A stretch of DNA of 64,000 nucleotides from Dehalococcoidia bacterium (GTDB lineage Bacteria > Chloroflexota > Dehalococcoidia > Lucifugimonadales > UBA3495), in assembly GCA_965249215.1 (NCBI GenBank), contig CBDFLN010000002.1:186662-250661 (forward strand). Reading direction: 5' to 3'. Shown here in pieces: positions 54,516-64,000 of the stretch. The notes beneath the pieces were generated by a model. The model searched no databases and was not told where the DNA came from. It saw only the letters and a program-made list of their open reading frames with translations. How positions within the stretch are numbered: position 1 is the stretch's first letter; every line of letters starts with the position of its first letter. The position numbers were made by a program, and so were the translations under genes.

Positions 54516-56737
54516 ACCCGCGGGGCCGCAGCCCGCGAGGGCCACCAGTTCCATCGTCCGAACAGGGCAACCAGCGCCGGCACTATCAGCGTGCGCGTGA
54601 TGAAGGTGTCTATCAACACGCCGGCGGCCACCGCAAAGCCAAGCTGCATCAGGTCCTGAAGGGGTAGGACCATCAACGCCGAAAACGTGCCGGCCAGTAT
54701 CATCCCGGCGGAGGTGATCACGGGACCCGTACGGGCGAGAGCGTGACCGGCCGCTTCCGTCAGCGGCGCCCCCCTGACCTCTTCCCGGATGCGCGACATC
54801 AGGTAAATGTTGTAGTCGACGCTCAAGGCGTTGAGAAACACGAACAGGAAGAACGGGACGCCCTGGCCAACCCCCGGGTGACCCATGGCCACCACAAAGA
54901 CCAAGACGGCCAGCCCGAGAGTCGAGAAATAGGTGAATGCTATCGTCGCCATCAGGTAAAGAGGAGCAATCAGAGAGCGGAGCAGTATCGCGAGCACAAC
55001 GCCGATAGCCAGCAGTATCAATGGCAGCACCACGAACGTGTCTCGGGTGTTCGCCGTGCGGGTGTCTTGCTCCTGGGCGGTGTCTCCTCCAACCAGCACG
55101 CTCCCAGCAGGAAGGCCCGCCGCCGCGGCGCTCTCCCGGGCCAGGGTGCGCAGTTCCGGGATAGTGTTGAGGCCCTCAATCGAAAACGGGTTGACAGTTA
55201 GTACAGCGTGGATCACCACCGTGCCGCCGTCCTCGGAGATGAAGCGCGACACTTCCTCCTCCGGCAGCTCCGAACCGGGGGGGACGTCCACTCCCCATGG
55301 ACGGCTCGGCCCCGCCACTCTGGCAACGCCGGGATGCTCCGATAGGTCTACGGTTATCTTATCGATTCTTTGGAGTGAGACTGGATCGAGAGCGCCCTCA
55401 CCGGGCGGCAATGAAATGTAGACCAGCGTGGGGGCAAGTTCTCCGGTAGGAAACCCCTCTCTGAGCAGCTCGAAGCTGCGGACCGACTCGGTATCTTTGG
55501 GAAGACTCGCCAGGCTGTCGTAATTGGTCTGGAAGGGCGTCAACCCGACTATCAGCAAAGCGAGAACAATCCCAGTTACCGCCAGCGTTGCTAACGGGCG
55601 CTTCAGGACTACGGCTCCGATCCTGCCGTAAACGCTGCCCCGCCAGGGCGCGGCCTCCTCTGCCCCTGTGCTTAGCCGCGGACGCGCCGGCCAGAATGCG
55701 GACCGCCCGACTATGGTGAGAACCGCAGGTACCAGGGTGATCGCGGCAAGCATCATGAGCGCAACGGCCACCGCAATGACCGGCCCCAGGGCCTGGTAGG
55801 ACCGCAACGTGGCCAGCAGGAGCACCGCCGACGCAATCAGTATTGTCGCCCCCGCCGACGCCACCGCGCCCCCGACGCCCCGCATGGTTTGCCGCATCGC
55901 TTCGTGGCGGTCCTGGTGGCGGGTTAACTCCTCCCGGAATCGCGCCGAGACGAACAGCACGTAATCGGTGCCCGTGCCGAACAGCACCACCGTCATGATT
56001 CCCGTGGTCTGGGCCGACACCGCCAGGTCCAACCGTTGCGCCAGCCCCCCGCCGACGGCATTGGCCAGCATGAACACCGTCCCAACCGCCAGCAACGGCA
56101 GCGCCGCCATGATGGGCGAGCGATAAATCAGCAGCAGCAGGACCAGTACCAGCAGCACCGTGACCAGCAGCAGCAGCGTATCGATCTGCGAGAAAACACC
56201 GATCAGGTCTACCAGCAGGCCTCCGGCCCCGCCCACTGCGACCTCGACGCCCGGCAGGCCCAACGCCGCCGTCCGGTCCCGGATCTCGTTCACGGTGTCG
56301 GCGAATGCTTCCTCGGCGGCCGAGCCGGTGACGTCTACGAAGACGTACATGGTCGTGCCGTCCTTGGACACCAGGCCGCCCTGCGCGCCGGCGCCCTGTT
56401 CCGGGGAGCGGACACGGCCCACGTTGGCCGGCGCATCGGGCCCCGACAGCCACCGGCCGAGTTCGGCGGCCGCCCCGTACGCAGCCGGCCCAAGGCCGGA
56501 CTCTGCGCGGAAGACTACGAGGACCGGCGTGCCCGTCGAGGGAAAACGATCCCGCGCCAGCTCGTAGGCCCGGGTTGCCTCGGAGTCCTTGGGCAGGAAA
56601 AACGCTTGGTCGTTCTCCCGCACCTGGTTCAGGGACGGCAGTTGCGAGATTAACAGGCCCGAAATAATGACCCAGGCGAGGAGCGTTATCCACTTGCCCC
56701 GGCGGCTGCTCGCGAAGTCGGTCAGGTATGCGAGCAT
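54512..56737 (-). CDS. MMPL family (RND superfamily) transporter
   Basis: 741 aa with two TM bundles and two periplasmic loops. N-terminus ..SRRGKWITLLAWVII.. is typical of MMPL proteins. Confidence 0.8.
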   Translation of the reverse strand: MLAYLTDFASSRRGKWITLLAWVIISGLLISQLPSLNQVRENDQAFFLPKDSEATRAYELARDRFPSTGTPVLVVFRAESGLGPAAYGAAAELGRWLSGPDAPANVGRVRSPEQGAGAQGGLVSKDGTTMYVFVDVTGSAAEEAFADTVNEIRDRTAALGLPGVEVAVGGAGGLLVDLIGVFSQIDTLLLLVTVLLVLVLLLLIYRSPIMAALPLLAVGTVFMLANAVGGGLAQRLDLAVSAQTTGIMTVVLFGTGTDYVLFVSARFREELTRHQDRHEAMRQTMRGVGGAVASAGATILIASAVLLLATLRSYQALGPVIAVAVALMMLAAITLVPAVLTIVGRSAFWPARPRLSTGAEEAAPWRGSVYGRIGAVVLKRPLATLAVTGIVLALLIVGLTPFQTNYDSLASLPKDTESVRSFELLREGFPTGELAPTLVYISLPPGEGALDPVSLQRIDKITVDLSEHPGVARVAGPSRPWGVDVPPGSELPEEEVSRFISEDGGTVVIHAVLTVNPFSIEGLNTIPELRTLARESAAAAGLPAGSVLVGGDTAQEQDTRTANTRDTFVVLPLILLAIGVVLAILLRSLIAPLYLMATIAFTYFSTLGLAVLVFVVAMGHPGVGQGVPFFLFVFLNALSVDYNIYLMSRIREEVRGAPLTEAAGHALARTGPVITSAGMILAGTFSALMVLPLQDLMQLGFAVAAGVLIDTFITRTLIVPALVALFGRWNWWPSRAAAPRV

Positions 56738-56900
56738 CGTCTGCCCGCGCCATCAGGCCGGATTCTGTCCAAGTTAGAGCACGTCATCAAAGCCGATTCT
56801 TCACGGCTTTCAAGTATCGACACCCCAGTCGGGATGTCAACGATGTCGACGCGATAAATGGGGGCGCCTTTCGCCCCTGCAGGGCAGTCCTGCGGCAGGG

Positions 56901-59405
56901 TCAGCTTGCCTCGGCGCTCACCGCATCGAGGAAGCGGGCCACGTGACTGGCCAACTCGACGTGCTTCTTTTGCTTTAGTTGCGGGTCCTGCTCCATCACC
57001 TTAGCCGCTTCTTGCCGGGCCGACTCCAGCAGTTGCCGGTCCGACAGGTGGGCCATTCGCAGGTTGGGCAGCCCGCTCTGCCGGGTGCCGAAGAAGTCTC
57101 CCGGCCCCCTTAGCTCCAGGTCCACCTCGGCCAGGCGGAAGCCGTCGTGGATTTCCTCCAGGGCCGACAGGCGTTCCTTGGCCACGTCCGAAGGCGAGTC
57201 CGACATCAGGATGCAATAGCTCTTGTGCTCGCCCCGGCCCACCCGGCCTCGAAATTGGTGCAGCTGGGCCAGCCCGAACCGGTCCGAGCCCTCTATCATC
57301 ATCACCGTGGCATTGGCTACGTCTATGCCCACTTCCACCACCGCGGTGGACACCAGGATGTCCACTTCCCCGTCGCGGAACCGGCGCATGACCTTGTCCT
57401 TGTCCTTGGAAGACATCCGGCCGTGGAGCAGCCCCAGTTTCAGGTCTGGAAAGACCTCAGCAGACAGCCGCTCGTATTCCTCGGTGGCGGCCTTGGCCTC
57501 GATGACTTCCGACTCCCCAACCAGTGGGCAAATCACGAAGGCCTGCCTGCCCTCCTGAGCCTGCTTGCGGATAAAGCCGTAGGCCGCCTCCCGGCGTTCC
57601 GGGCCCAGCCATCGGGTCGCCACCGTCTCCCGCCCTGCGGGGAGCTCGTCTATGGTCGAAATGTCCAGGTCGCCGTACAGCGTCAGCGTAAGGGTGCGGG
57701 GAATTGGCGTCGCCGACATGATTAGCGTGTGGGGAGTTTCCAATCCTCGTTGCCGCAACGCCGACCGCTGCAGCACCCCAAACCGGTGCTGCTCGTCGGC
57801 CACGGCCAGCGCCAGCTTGGGCAGCGACATGCCCGCCTGTATCAGGGCGTGGGTGCCTATCAGCAGGTCCAGAGTTCCGTTGGCGGCCATCTCGGTCAGT
57901 TCCCGCTTCCGAGACGCCCTGGTGCTGCCGGTCAGCAGGCCCACCGACACCGGCCGGGCCAGCGATTTCAGGTACACCGACAGCAGATAGTCGGACTGGA
58001 CCGGCCTGGCCATGCCCCCCAGCAGGCGCGACACCGTCTGAAAGTGCTGCTCCGCCAGCACCTCCGTGGGCGCCATCACCGCTCCCTGGTATCCGCCGGC
58101 CGCCGCCTTGAGCAAGGCAGCCAGGGCCACCACGGTCTTGCCGCTGCCTACCTCGCCCTGGAGCAGCCGGTTCATAGGAGGCGTGCCCCGCTCCAGGTCG
58201 CCGTCGATTTGCTCGATGCACCGCTTCTGGGCCCCGGTAAGCTGGAAAGGCAGCGACGACAGGAAGCCTTCCGCCACCTCCGGTTGGTTCCCGATAGCAA
58301 TGCCCTGCACCGACCTGTTCTGGCTCTTCTTTCGCCTCAGCACCGCCAGCTGGAGGGTGAAAAGCTCGTCGAAAGCCAGGCGCGTCCGCGCCGCTTCCCG
58401 CTGGCCCTCGTCCTCCGGGAAGTGGGCCTGCTGGATGGCGTCCGCCAGCGGCATCAGGCCGGCGCGGGCCAGCAGGTCATCTGGTAATAGCTCGTCCACG
58501 CCGCCCAGCCACTCCTGCAACGCCTGCCAGGTCAACCGCCTCAGGTTGCGGCCGGTGAGACCCTCGGTCAGCGGGTACACCGGCACCAACCGGCCCACGT
58601 GAATCGGCGCTTGCCCCTGGTCCAGCAGCTCGTACTCCGGCGACTCCAGCACCAGCTGCCCCCTGTACACGTCCGGCTTGCCGCTGACCGCTATCCGGGT
58701 GTTCGGCTTGATGGTCCGCGCCAGGTATCGCTGCCCGAACCATATCACCCGGATGTTGCCCGTCTCGTCGCTGAGCACCGCCTCGGTGTCCTTGCGCTTC
58801 CCTTGACGCCCGCCGGTGACCATGTGAACGTCCCAAACGTCGGCCACCACCGTGCATTCTTCTCCGGGGGAAAGCTCCGATATCTTGGAGAAATTCGAGT
58901 AGTCGGCGTGCCTGCGGGGGAACAAGTACAGCAGGTCGCGGACGCTCTCCACGTCCAGCTTGGCCAGCCGGGCGGCGGTCTTGGTGTCCACGCCACGCAG
59001 CCGGGTCACCGGCGAGTCCACGGTCAGACCTGATGGGGGCTTGCGGCGCGTTCCGCCCTTGGAAGCCGCTCCAGGGCCCTTGAAGGCCGCTTTTGCTGGC
59101 GCAGCAGGGGCAGCGGCTACCGGCGCCGCCGCGTCCGCTGGGCCGTCGTCGTTCAACACCGCTTGCCACTCGCCGGCCCATTGCCGGCGTTCCTCCGGCG
59201 ACATCCGGCTGTAGAGGCGGCCCGTGAGCTGCTCGGCCAGGTCCCCGCCGGCAACAAGCTCTGCCATCTCTGAGGACCAGCGTTGGAGGAATTTGTCCAG
59301 GCCGCCTACAACGGCCCGGTCGTCGAAACCCCGGGACTCTTCCAGCCGCAGGATGTTGCGCAGGGAGTCCCGCCAGGTTGGAGAGCCGCTGCCGGCAGGG
59401 GCCAT
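56901..59405 (-). CDS. recG: ATP-dependent DNA helicase RecG
   Basis: GEVGSGKT and DEQHRFG motifs, an OB wedge region, and a long Ala-rich N-terminal extension. Confidence 0.9.
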   Translation of the reverse strand: MAPAGSGSPTWRDSLRNILRLEESRGFDDRAVVGGLDKFLQRWSSEMAELVAGGDLAEQLTGRLYSRMSPEERRQWAGEWQAVLNDDGPADAAAPVAAAPAAPAKAAFKGPGAASKGGTRRKPPSGLTVDSPVTRLRGVDTKTAARLAKLDVESVRDLLYLFPRRHADYSNFSKISELSPGEECTVVADVWDVHMVTGGRQGKRKDTEAVLSDETGNIRVIWFGQRYLARTIKPNTRIAVSGKPDVYRGQLVLESPEYELLDQGQAPIHVGRLVPVYPLTEGLTGRNLRRLTWQALQEWLGGVDELLPDDLLARAGLMPLADAIQQAHFPEDEGQREAARTRLAFDELFTLQLAVLRRKKSQNRSVQGIAIGNQPEVAEGFLSSLPFQLTGAQKRCIEQIDGDLERGTPPMNRLLQGEVGSGKTVVALAALLKAAAGGYQGAVMAPTEVLAEQHFQTVSRLLGGMARPVQSDYLLSVYLKSLARPVSVGLLTGSTRASRKRELTEMAANGTLDLLIGTHALIQAGMSLPKLALAVADEQHRFGVLQRSALRQRGLETPHTLIMSATPIPRTLTLTLYGDLDISTIDELPAGRETVATRWLGPERREAAYGFIRKQAQEGRQAFVICPLVGESEVIEAKAATEEYERLSAEVFPDLKLGLLHGRMSSKDKDKVMRRFRDGEVDILVSTAVVEVGIDVANATVMMIEGSDRFGLAQLHQFRGRVGRGEHKSYCILMSDSPSDVAKERLSALEEIHDGFRLAEVDLELRGPGDFFGTRQSGLPNLRMAHLSDRQLLESARQEAAKVMEQDPQLKQKKHVELASHVARFLDAVSAEAS

Positions 59406-60265
59406 CAGGAGTTGGACATATCGCCGGCGCGGGCCAGCGCCACGCCCACTCCTCCGGGGCCTACGTAGGCGCCCAAGGCGGGGCCAAACCGTGCGACCAC
59501 TATTTCATCGAGGGGGACCAGCGCCGCCAGCCTGGTCTTCAGAGACTGCGCCTCTTCTGGCTGGGTGCTGTACACCACTGCCAGTTGGTCCAACGGAGCG
59601 AGCTGTTCCGCCAGCTCCACCAGCCGCGGCAGGGCCCGGCCCCGGCTCCGCACCCGCTCCACCGGATGTACGACGCCATCCTGAATCGTCAGTATGGGCT
59701 TGACGTTCAGCGCCGACCCGACGAAGGCCTGGGCTTTGCCAATTCGCCCACCCTTTTGGAGGTAGGTCAACGTGTCGAGCAGGAAAAGGCCGTGGTACCG
59801 GGAAATCCCTTGCCGGGCCTGTTCGGCCAGCTGGCTGTGGGACTGGGCATCCGCCGCCTGCCGGGCCGCCGACAGCGCCATCAACCCCAACGGAATCGAC
59901 GCCAGCTGGGAATCGATTACCTCGATGCGGCCCGCGGCCTCGTCGCCCAGCGCCGCCCGCGCCTGTTCCGCCGAATTCACCGTGCCGCTGAGCTTCCCCG
60001 ACACGTGCATCGACACCACGTCGTGCCCTTGCCCCAGTAGCTGCCGGTACGCCGCCGTGAAGTCGGCCACCGACGGCTGGGCCGTGGTGGGCAGAGGTCC
60101 GCCGGCCTCCAGCTTGCTGTAGAACTCGTCCGCCGTGATGTCCACGCCGCCCCTATAGGGCTTGTCGTCGATTATCACGTAGGCTGGGACTACGGTGATA
60201 TCCCATTGCTTCGCCAACTCTAGGGGCAGGTCGGATGCGCTGTCCGTTACTATTCTCACTGCCAT
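59405..60265 (-). CDS. DegV family protein (FakB-like)
   Basis: MAVRIVTDSASDLPLELAKQWDITVVP.. Immediately downstream of the DAK2-domain gene. Confidence 0.85.
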   Translation of the reverse strand: MAVRIVTDSASDLPLELAKQWDITVVPAYVIIDDKPYRGGVDITADEFYSKLEAGGPLPTTAQPSVADFTAAYRQLLGQGHDVVSMHVSGKLSGTVNSAEQARAALGDEAAGRIEVIDSQLASIPLGLMALSAARQAADAQSHSQLAEQARQGISRYHGLFLLDTLTYLQKGGRIGKAQAFVGSALNVKPILTIQDGVVHPVERVRSRGRALPRLVELAEQLAPLDQLAVVYSTQPEEAQSLKTRLAALVPLDEIVVARFGPALGAYVGPGGVGVALARAGDMSNS

Positions 60266-60268
60266 GGC

Positions 60269-61924
60269 CTACTCCACCGACGCGAGATAGTGGTAATGGG
60301 GCTGCCCTCCGTACACTAGCTCCACTTGCAGCCCAGGTGCCTGGGTCTCCAGGTACCGGCAAAGTTCCTCCGCTTTCGCTTCTGAAGCGTCCGCTCCCCG
60401 GTATACCGTCACGATCTGGTCAGCTGATTGCACCACGCCGTCCAAAGCCGTCTTCAGGGCGTCTTCCGGCGACTCTGCCGTGCCAGCGAGGTTTCCTTCC
60501 AACAGGGCGATGTACTGCCCGGCTTCCACCTTGGTCCCTTCGATGCTGGTGGAACGCACCGCCTGGGTTACCTCCAAGGTCGAAACACCGTCTAGGGCAT
60601 CCGTCATAGATTTCAGGTTGCGCTCCAGCGGCTCTTCCGGATTAAACGCCAGCAGCGCGGAAACCCCCTGAGGCACCGTGCGCGCCGCCACCACGTTGAT
60701 GCGGGCATCGGCCCCGGCGGACTGTAGTGCGGTTGCTTCCACGTTGGAGTTGTTGGGCAGGACGATGATCCATTCTGCGCCCGTGGCCTGGGCCGCTTCC
60801 AGGAATTGGCCGACGCTGGGATTCATGGTCTGCCCGCCGTTGATCACCATCGAACATCCGGTATCCTTGAATAGCTGCGCCAGGCCTTGCCCCTGCACCA
60901 CGGCCACCACCGCCAGCCCTGCAGGCGTCGACTGTCCGCTCCGGCCTTTCTGCACGAACTCCCGGTTCTGCCGGCCCATGTTCTCGATCTTGATTTCGTG
61001 CAGGTCTCCCAGCGACGCGCCGTAACTCAGCGCCGGCCCCGGGTCCTCTGAATGCAGATGCACCCTGGCCAGCCGCTGGTCACCGACGACCACCGCCGAG
61101 TCCGACCACTCCGTCCCAAAGTGCTTGCGTATGTCCTCCAACGCCAGCCCTTGGCCCTCGATGAGGAATTGGATGCAATAGCCCCACTGTGCTTCCAGCG
61201 TGGAGTCCAGGAAGTCCGGGTCGATATTGCTGCCGGTCCCGCCCCCGCCCGTGTTGACGACCGGCTCGGTGCAGGCGGCCGCCACCGCCTCGTCCAACAC
61301 GGCCTGTTCACTGGCCGTCAGTTGACATAACGCTCCGCCAATAATGACCGCCACGCCCATCCCCCCGGCGTCCACCACGCCGGCCTCCCGCAGCATGGCC
61401 ATCTGGGAGGGAGTCTGGTACACGGCCTCCACCGACGACCGGAAGGCCTGTTCCCACAGCCGCCGCGGCTCCGGGCTTGCTTCCCCTTCCAATAACTGCT
61501 GCACCGAGGTCGACGTGGAGCGCAGCACGGTGAGCATGGTCCCCTCTACCGGCTGTGCGACGGAGCCGTAGGCCGCATCCGCCGCCAGGGTCAAGCCCCG
61601 GGCCAGGTCGCGGCCGCTGCACGTTTCAGCTTCCCGCAGGGCGTCGGCCAAGCCCCGGAACAACTGGGACAGGATTACGCCGCTGTTGCCCCTGGCGCCC
61701 CAGAACGCCCCCTCGGCCAGCCCCGACGATACCTCCGCCGCGCTGGCCTCGTCGCCGGGGCACTTCTCCAGGGCCGAGCGTATGGTCAGCAGCATGTTGG
61801 TGCCGGTGTCGCCGTCGGGCACCGGGAACACGTTCAGCGCGTTGATGGCGTCTCGGTACCGTTCCAGGGATTGCGTCGCCGCAACGAACGCCTGCCGCAG
61901 GTCGCCGCCGCTTAAATCGCTCAT
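60269..61924 (-). CDS. DAK2-domain protein, YloV/FakA-like
   Basis: ..NVFPVPDGDTGTNM.. Dak2 signature. 551 aa, the same size and domain order as YloV/FakA. Confidence 0.8.
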   Translation of the reverse strand: MSDLSGGDLRQAFVAATQSLERYRDAINALNVFPVPDGDTGTNMLLTIRSALEKCPGDEASAAEVSSGLAEGAFWGARGNSGVILSQLFRGLADALREAETCSGRDLARGLTLAADAAYGSVAQPVEGTMLTVLRSTSTSVQQLLEGEASPEPRRLWEQAFRSSVEAVYQTPSQMAMLREAGVVDAGGMGVAVIIGGALCQLTASEQAVLDEAVAAACTEPVVNTGGGGTGSNIDPDFLDSTLEAQWGYCIQFLIEGQGLALEDIRKHFGTEWSDSAVVVGDQRLARVHLHSEDPGPALSYGASLGDLHEIKIENMGRQNREFVQKGRSGQSTPAGLAVVAVVQGQGLAQLFKDTGCSMVINGGQTMNPSVGQFLEAAQATGAEWIIVLPNNSNVEATALQSAGADARINVVAARTVPQGVSALLAFNPEEPLERNLKSMTDALDGVSTLEVTQAVRSTSIEGTKVEAGQYIALLEGNLAGTAESPEDALKTALDGVVQSADQIVTVYRGADASEAKAEELCRYLETQAPGLQVELVYGGQPHYHYLASVE

Positions 61925-62029
61925 CGATGACCCCGTCCGTTCCCGCCTAACCTTACGCTTTTCGTCCCATTATATGCTACGGAGTTTGCGACGGCCCCGC
62001 AGACTGCCGCTGCCGCCGCACCGTTTACC

Positions 62030-62058
62030 TTGACACTTTCGACACCCTAGCTTACCAT
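62030..62058 (+). promoter_or_regulatory. putative rplU-rpmA promoter
   Basis: TTGACA-N17-TACCAT. The ORF-track ATG at 62057 lies inside the -10, which supports the downstream start at 62096. Confidence 0.45.
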
Positions 62059-62095
62059 GAATTCCGAGCTTAATCATGGGCTACGCGGGTTAAAC

Positions 62096-62485
62096 ATGGA
62101 CTACGCGGTATTCAAGACGGGCGGCAAGCAGTACCGGGTGAAGCCCGGCGACACCTTGGACGTGGAGAAACTTTCCGTGGGTGTCGCCACGGTTGCCGAA
62201 TTCGGCGAGGTGCTGGCGATTTCCGACGACGGCGACGTCACCTTCGGCTCTCCCTACGTGCCCGGCGCCAAGGTCCTGGCCCAAGTGCAGGCCCATTACA
62301 CCGACAAGAAGATCATGGTCTTCAAGTACAAGGCTAAGACCAGGTACCGGCGCAAGAGGGGCCATCGCCAGGACTACACCCGTCTCCTCATTCAAGATAT
62401 CAAGGTGGACAAGCCCGCGTCCCGGACCCGCAGGCCCAGGGCCCAGCGAAGTACCGCCGCAAAGGCTGAGAGCGATGGCGCATAA
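62096..62485 (+). CDS. rplU: 50S ribosomal protein L21 with basic C-terminal extension
   Basis: [15 protein letters not shown].. Confidence 0.9.
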   Translation: MDYAVFKTGGKQYRVKPGDTLDVEKLSVGVATVAEFGEVLAISDDGDVTFGSPYVPGAKVLAQVQAHYTDKKIMVFKYKAKTRYRRKRGHRQDYTRLLIQDIKVDKPASRTRRPRAQRSTAAKAESDGA

Positions 62486-62732
62486 GAAAGCAGGCGGAAG
62501 CTCCCACAACGGGCGCGACAGCAATGCCAAGCGGTTGGGAGTCAAACGCTACGGAGGCGAACGCGTTACCAGCGGGTCTATCCTGATCCGCCAGCGGGGC
62601 ACACGCATCCTCCCCGGGTCCAACGTCGGCTTGGGCAGGGACCACACCATCTTCGCCAAGTTGGACGGCCAGGTACAATTCGAATGGGCCGCCAAGGGCC
62701 GGCGGCGTGTCAGCGTCTACCCGCTGGACTAG
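62475..62732 (+). CDS. rpmA: 50S ribosomal protein L27
   Basis: [24 protein letters not shown].. It is embedded in the C-terminal part of ORF-track entry 62181..62732. Confidence 0.9.
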   Translation: MAHKKAGGSSHNGRDSNAKRLGVKRYGGERVTSGSILIRQRGTRILPGSNVGLGRDHTIFAKLDGQVQFEWAAKGRRRVSVYPLD

Positions 62733-62813
62733 CCCGTTATCCACGGCCGCTTCATTGCCTGAGTCTAACCAGGTGCGGCCCTGCTCCAACAATAGCTAAC
62801 GACAGAGACGAAC

Positions 62814-63014
62814 ATGAAAGCCGAAATTCATCCCAAGTTCTTTAAGTCTACCGTCACCTGCTCCTGCGGCAACGTCTTCGAGACGGGAGCCACCAAGCCC
62901 ACTCTAAGGGTCGAGGTGTGCAGCAAGTGCCACCCCTTCTACACCGGCGAGCAGCGGGTCGTGGACACCCAGGGGCGCATCGAGCGTATGCGCCGCCGCT
63001 ACAACCTCCAATGA
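62814..63014 (+). CDS. rpmE: 50S ribosomal protein L31 (zinc-binding type)
   Basis: MKAEIHPKF.. with CSCG and [10 protein letters not shown]. Confidence 0.9.
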   Translation: MKAEIHPKFFKSTVTCSCGNVFETGATKPTLRVEVCSKCHPFYTGEQRVVDTQGRIERMRRRYNLQ

Positions 63015-63204
63015 CCCGCGTCCTCCCTGCCGCGGGCTGACTCCCGCCGTTCCCTTGCACTTCCATCGGGCTAACACGCGCGCACCCTTGCCGGCGGCGC
63101 CCTTCGCATTTGCCGTAGGTTCTCTGGAACTTCGAGCATCCGGCCGCAATATCGCCTTGCAACCAGTCTGCCGATGAGTTCCGGCCTGACTCAAGGAGAA
63201 ATCA

Positions 63205-64000
63205 GTGCCTGAAGAGCCAAGGTTCGCCTACGGCGGACAAGCGGTCATCGAAGGCGTCTTGATTCGAGGCCGCAATCACTTCAGTTTGGCCGTGCGCCGC
63301 CCCGACGGGAGCATCGAGCGCCGCTCGAACCGTCTCAACTCCTTCTACACCGGCCGAGCCCGCCGTCTGCCCTTCGTCAGGGGATTCATAGTACTGGCCG
63401 AAACTTTGGTCCTGGGAATCAAGGCCCTGCATACGTCGGCCAACCTCGCCGCGCAAGAACCTGGGACAGATGCCAAGACTGAAATCCCCAATTGGGCAAT
63501 GGCTGTAACCCTATTTTCTTCCCTCGTAATTGGCCTTAGCGTTTTCTTCCTGTTGCCCCTGTTGATCGTTTGGGCCATGGACCCCGTGGTCCCGTCTCAC
63601 ATCGTCAGCGAGCTAATCGAAGGGGCCCTGCGCTTGCTCATCCTGGTCGGCTACGTATGGGCCATCGGATTCTTCCCGGATATCAAGCGCGTTTTCGCCT
63701 ACCATGGCGCCGAACATATGGCCGTCCACGCCCACGAGGCCGGCCTGCCGCTTAACGTGGACAACGTGCGGAAGTTCGGCACCCCCCATCCCCGGTGCGG
63801 CACCGCGTTCCTGCTCACGGTCATGCTGGTATCCATCGCCGTCTTTATCCTGCTCATGGACCCGCCGTGGGAGTACCGCATAGCCTCCCGCATCGTCTTG
63901 ATTCCCGTCATCGCCGCCATCAGCTACGAGATAATCCGCTTCAGCGGCACCCGCCAGCACCTGCTCGTCGGACAGATTATTGCCCAGCCCGGCCTGTGGC
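63205..64000 (+). CDS. DUF1385 domain membrane protein (partial, runs off the window)
   Basis: My own translation from GTG 63205 (AAGGAGA upstream) gives YGGQAVIEGV, YHGAEHM and HPRCGTAF motifs. No stop before 64000, so it is absent from the ORF track. Confidence 0.75.
   Translation, partial: MPEEPRFAYGGQAVIEGVLIRGRNHFSLAVRRPDGSIERRSNRLNSFYTGRARRLPFVRGFIVLAETLVLGIKALHTSANLAAQEPGTDAKTEIPNWAMAVTLFSSLVIGLSVFFLLPLLIVWAMDPVVPSHIVSELIEGALRLLILVGYVWAIGFFPDIKRVFAYHGAEHMAVHAHEAGLPLNVDNVRKFGTPHPRCGTAFLLTVMLVSIAVFILLMDPPWEYRIASRIVLIPVIAAISYEIIRFSGTRQHLLVGQIIAQPGLW

Overview
High-GC bacterial chromosomal segment (low-to-mid 60s percent by eye). The gene content and repeat families suggest Chloroflexota, but that is a guess. 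About 60 protein genes can be supported. Housekeeping backbone: DegV plus a P-loop kinase, pepA, three paralogous aldo/keto reductases, a quinone oxidoreductase, sbcD, a Zn-ADH, a dmpA-like/DUF2520/panB/panC operon, a Gfo/Idh/MocA oxidoreductase, etfBA, htpX, fmt, rpsP-KH-rimM, yebC-ruvC-ruvA, uvrB, a DUF4392+DUF1445 pair, an MMPL transporter, recG-degV-DAK2 (FakB/FakA-like), rplU-rpmA, rpmE and DUF1385. Accessory and mobile layer: (i) an IS1595-family element (13098-16875) with terminal inverted repeats has split an ABC-transporter substrate-binding gene. It carries a 757-aa passenger with an unusual HTH + PLD(HKD) nuclease-like + P-loop NTPase architecture, its own operator-flanked promoter and a small downstream ORF. 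This is my top candidate for an undescribed system. (ii) An IS1380-family element (35480-37198) with a 5-bp ATTAG target duplication. (iii) A lower-GC islet with an Mrr-type restriction endonuclease. (iv) A segmentally duplicated region (about 20.0-24.3 kb) in which three direct copies of the 3-prime end of a zinc-ribbon gene bracket a YbjQ module and a PIN/RHH toxin-antitoxin module. (v) A second VapBC pair. (vi) Lower-GC lipoprotein genes, one bracketed by ~60-bp direct repeats. Non-coding layer: a 35-bp x 9.5 tandem array growing out of the pepA stop codon, arrays of a hairpin-containing REP/MITE-like family at several loci, a 150-bp tandem array next to a GIY-YIG gene, and a structured ~340-bp spacer upstream of rpsP. 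I recognised no rRNA, tRNA or CRISPR array. All homology statements come from motif-level recognition by eye; no searches or computations were run.
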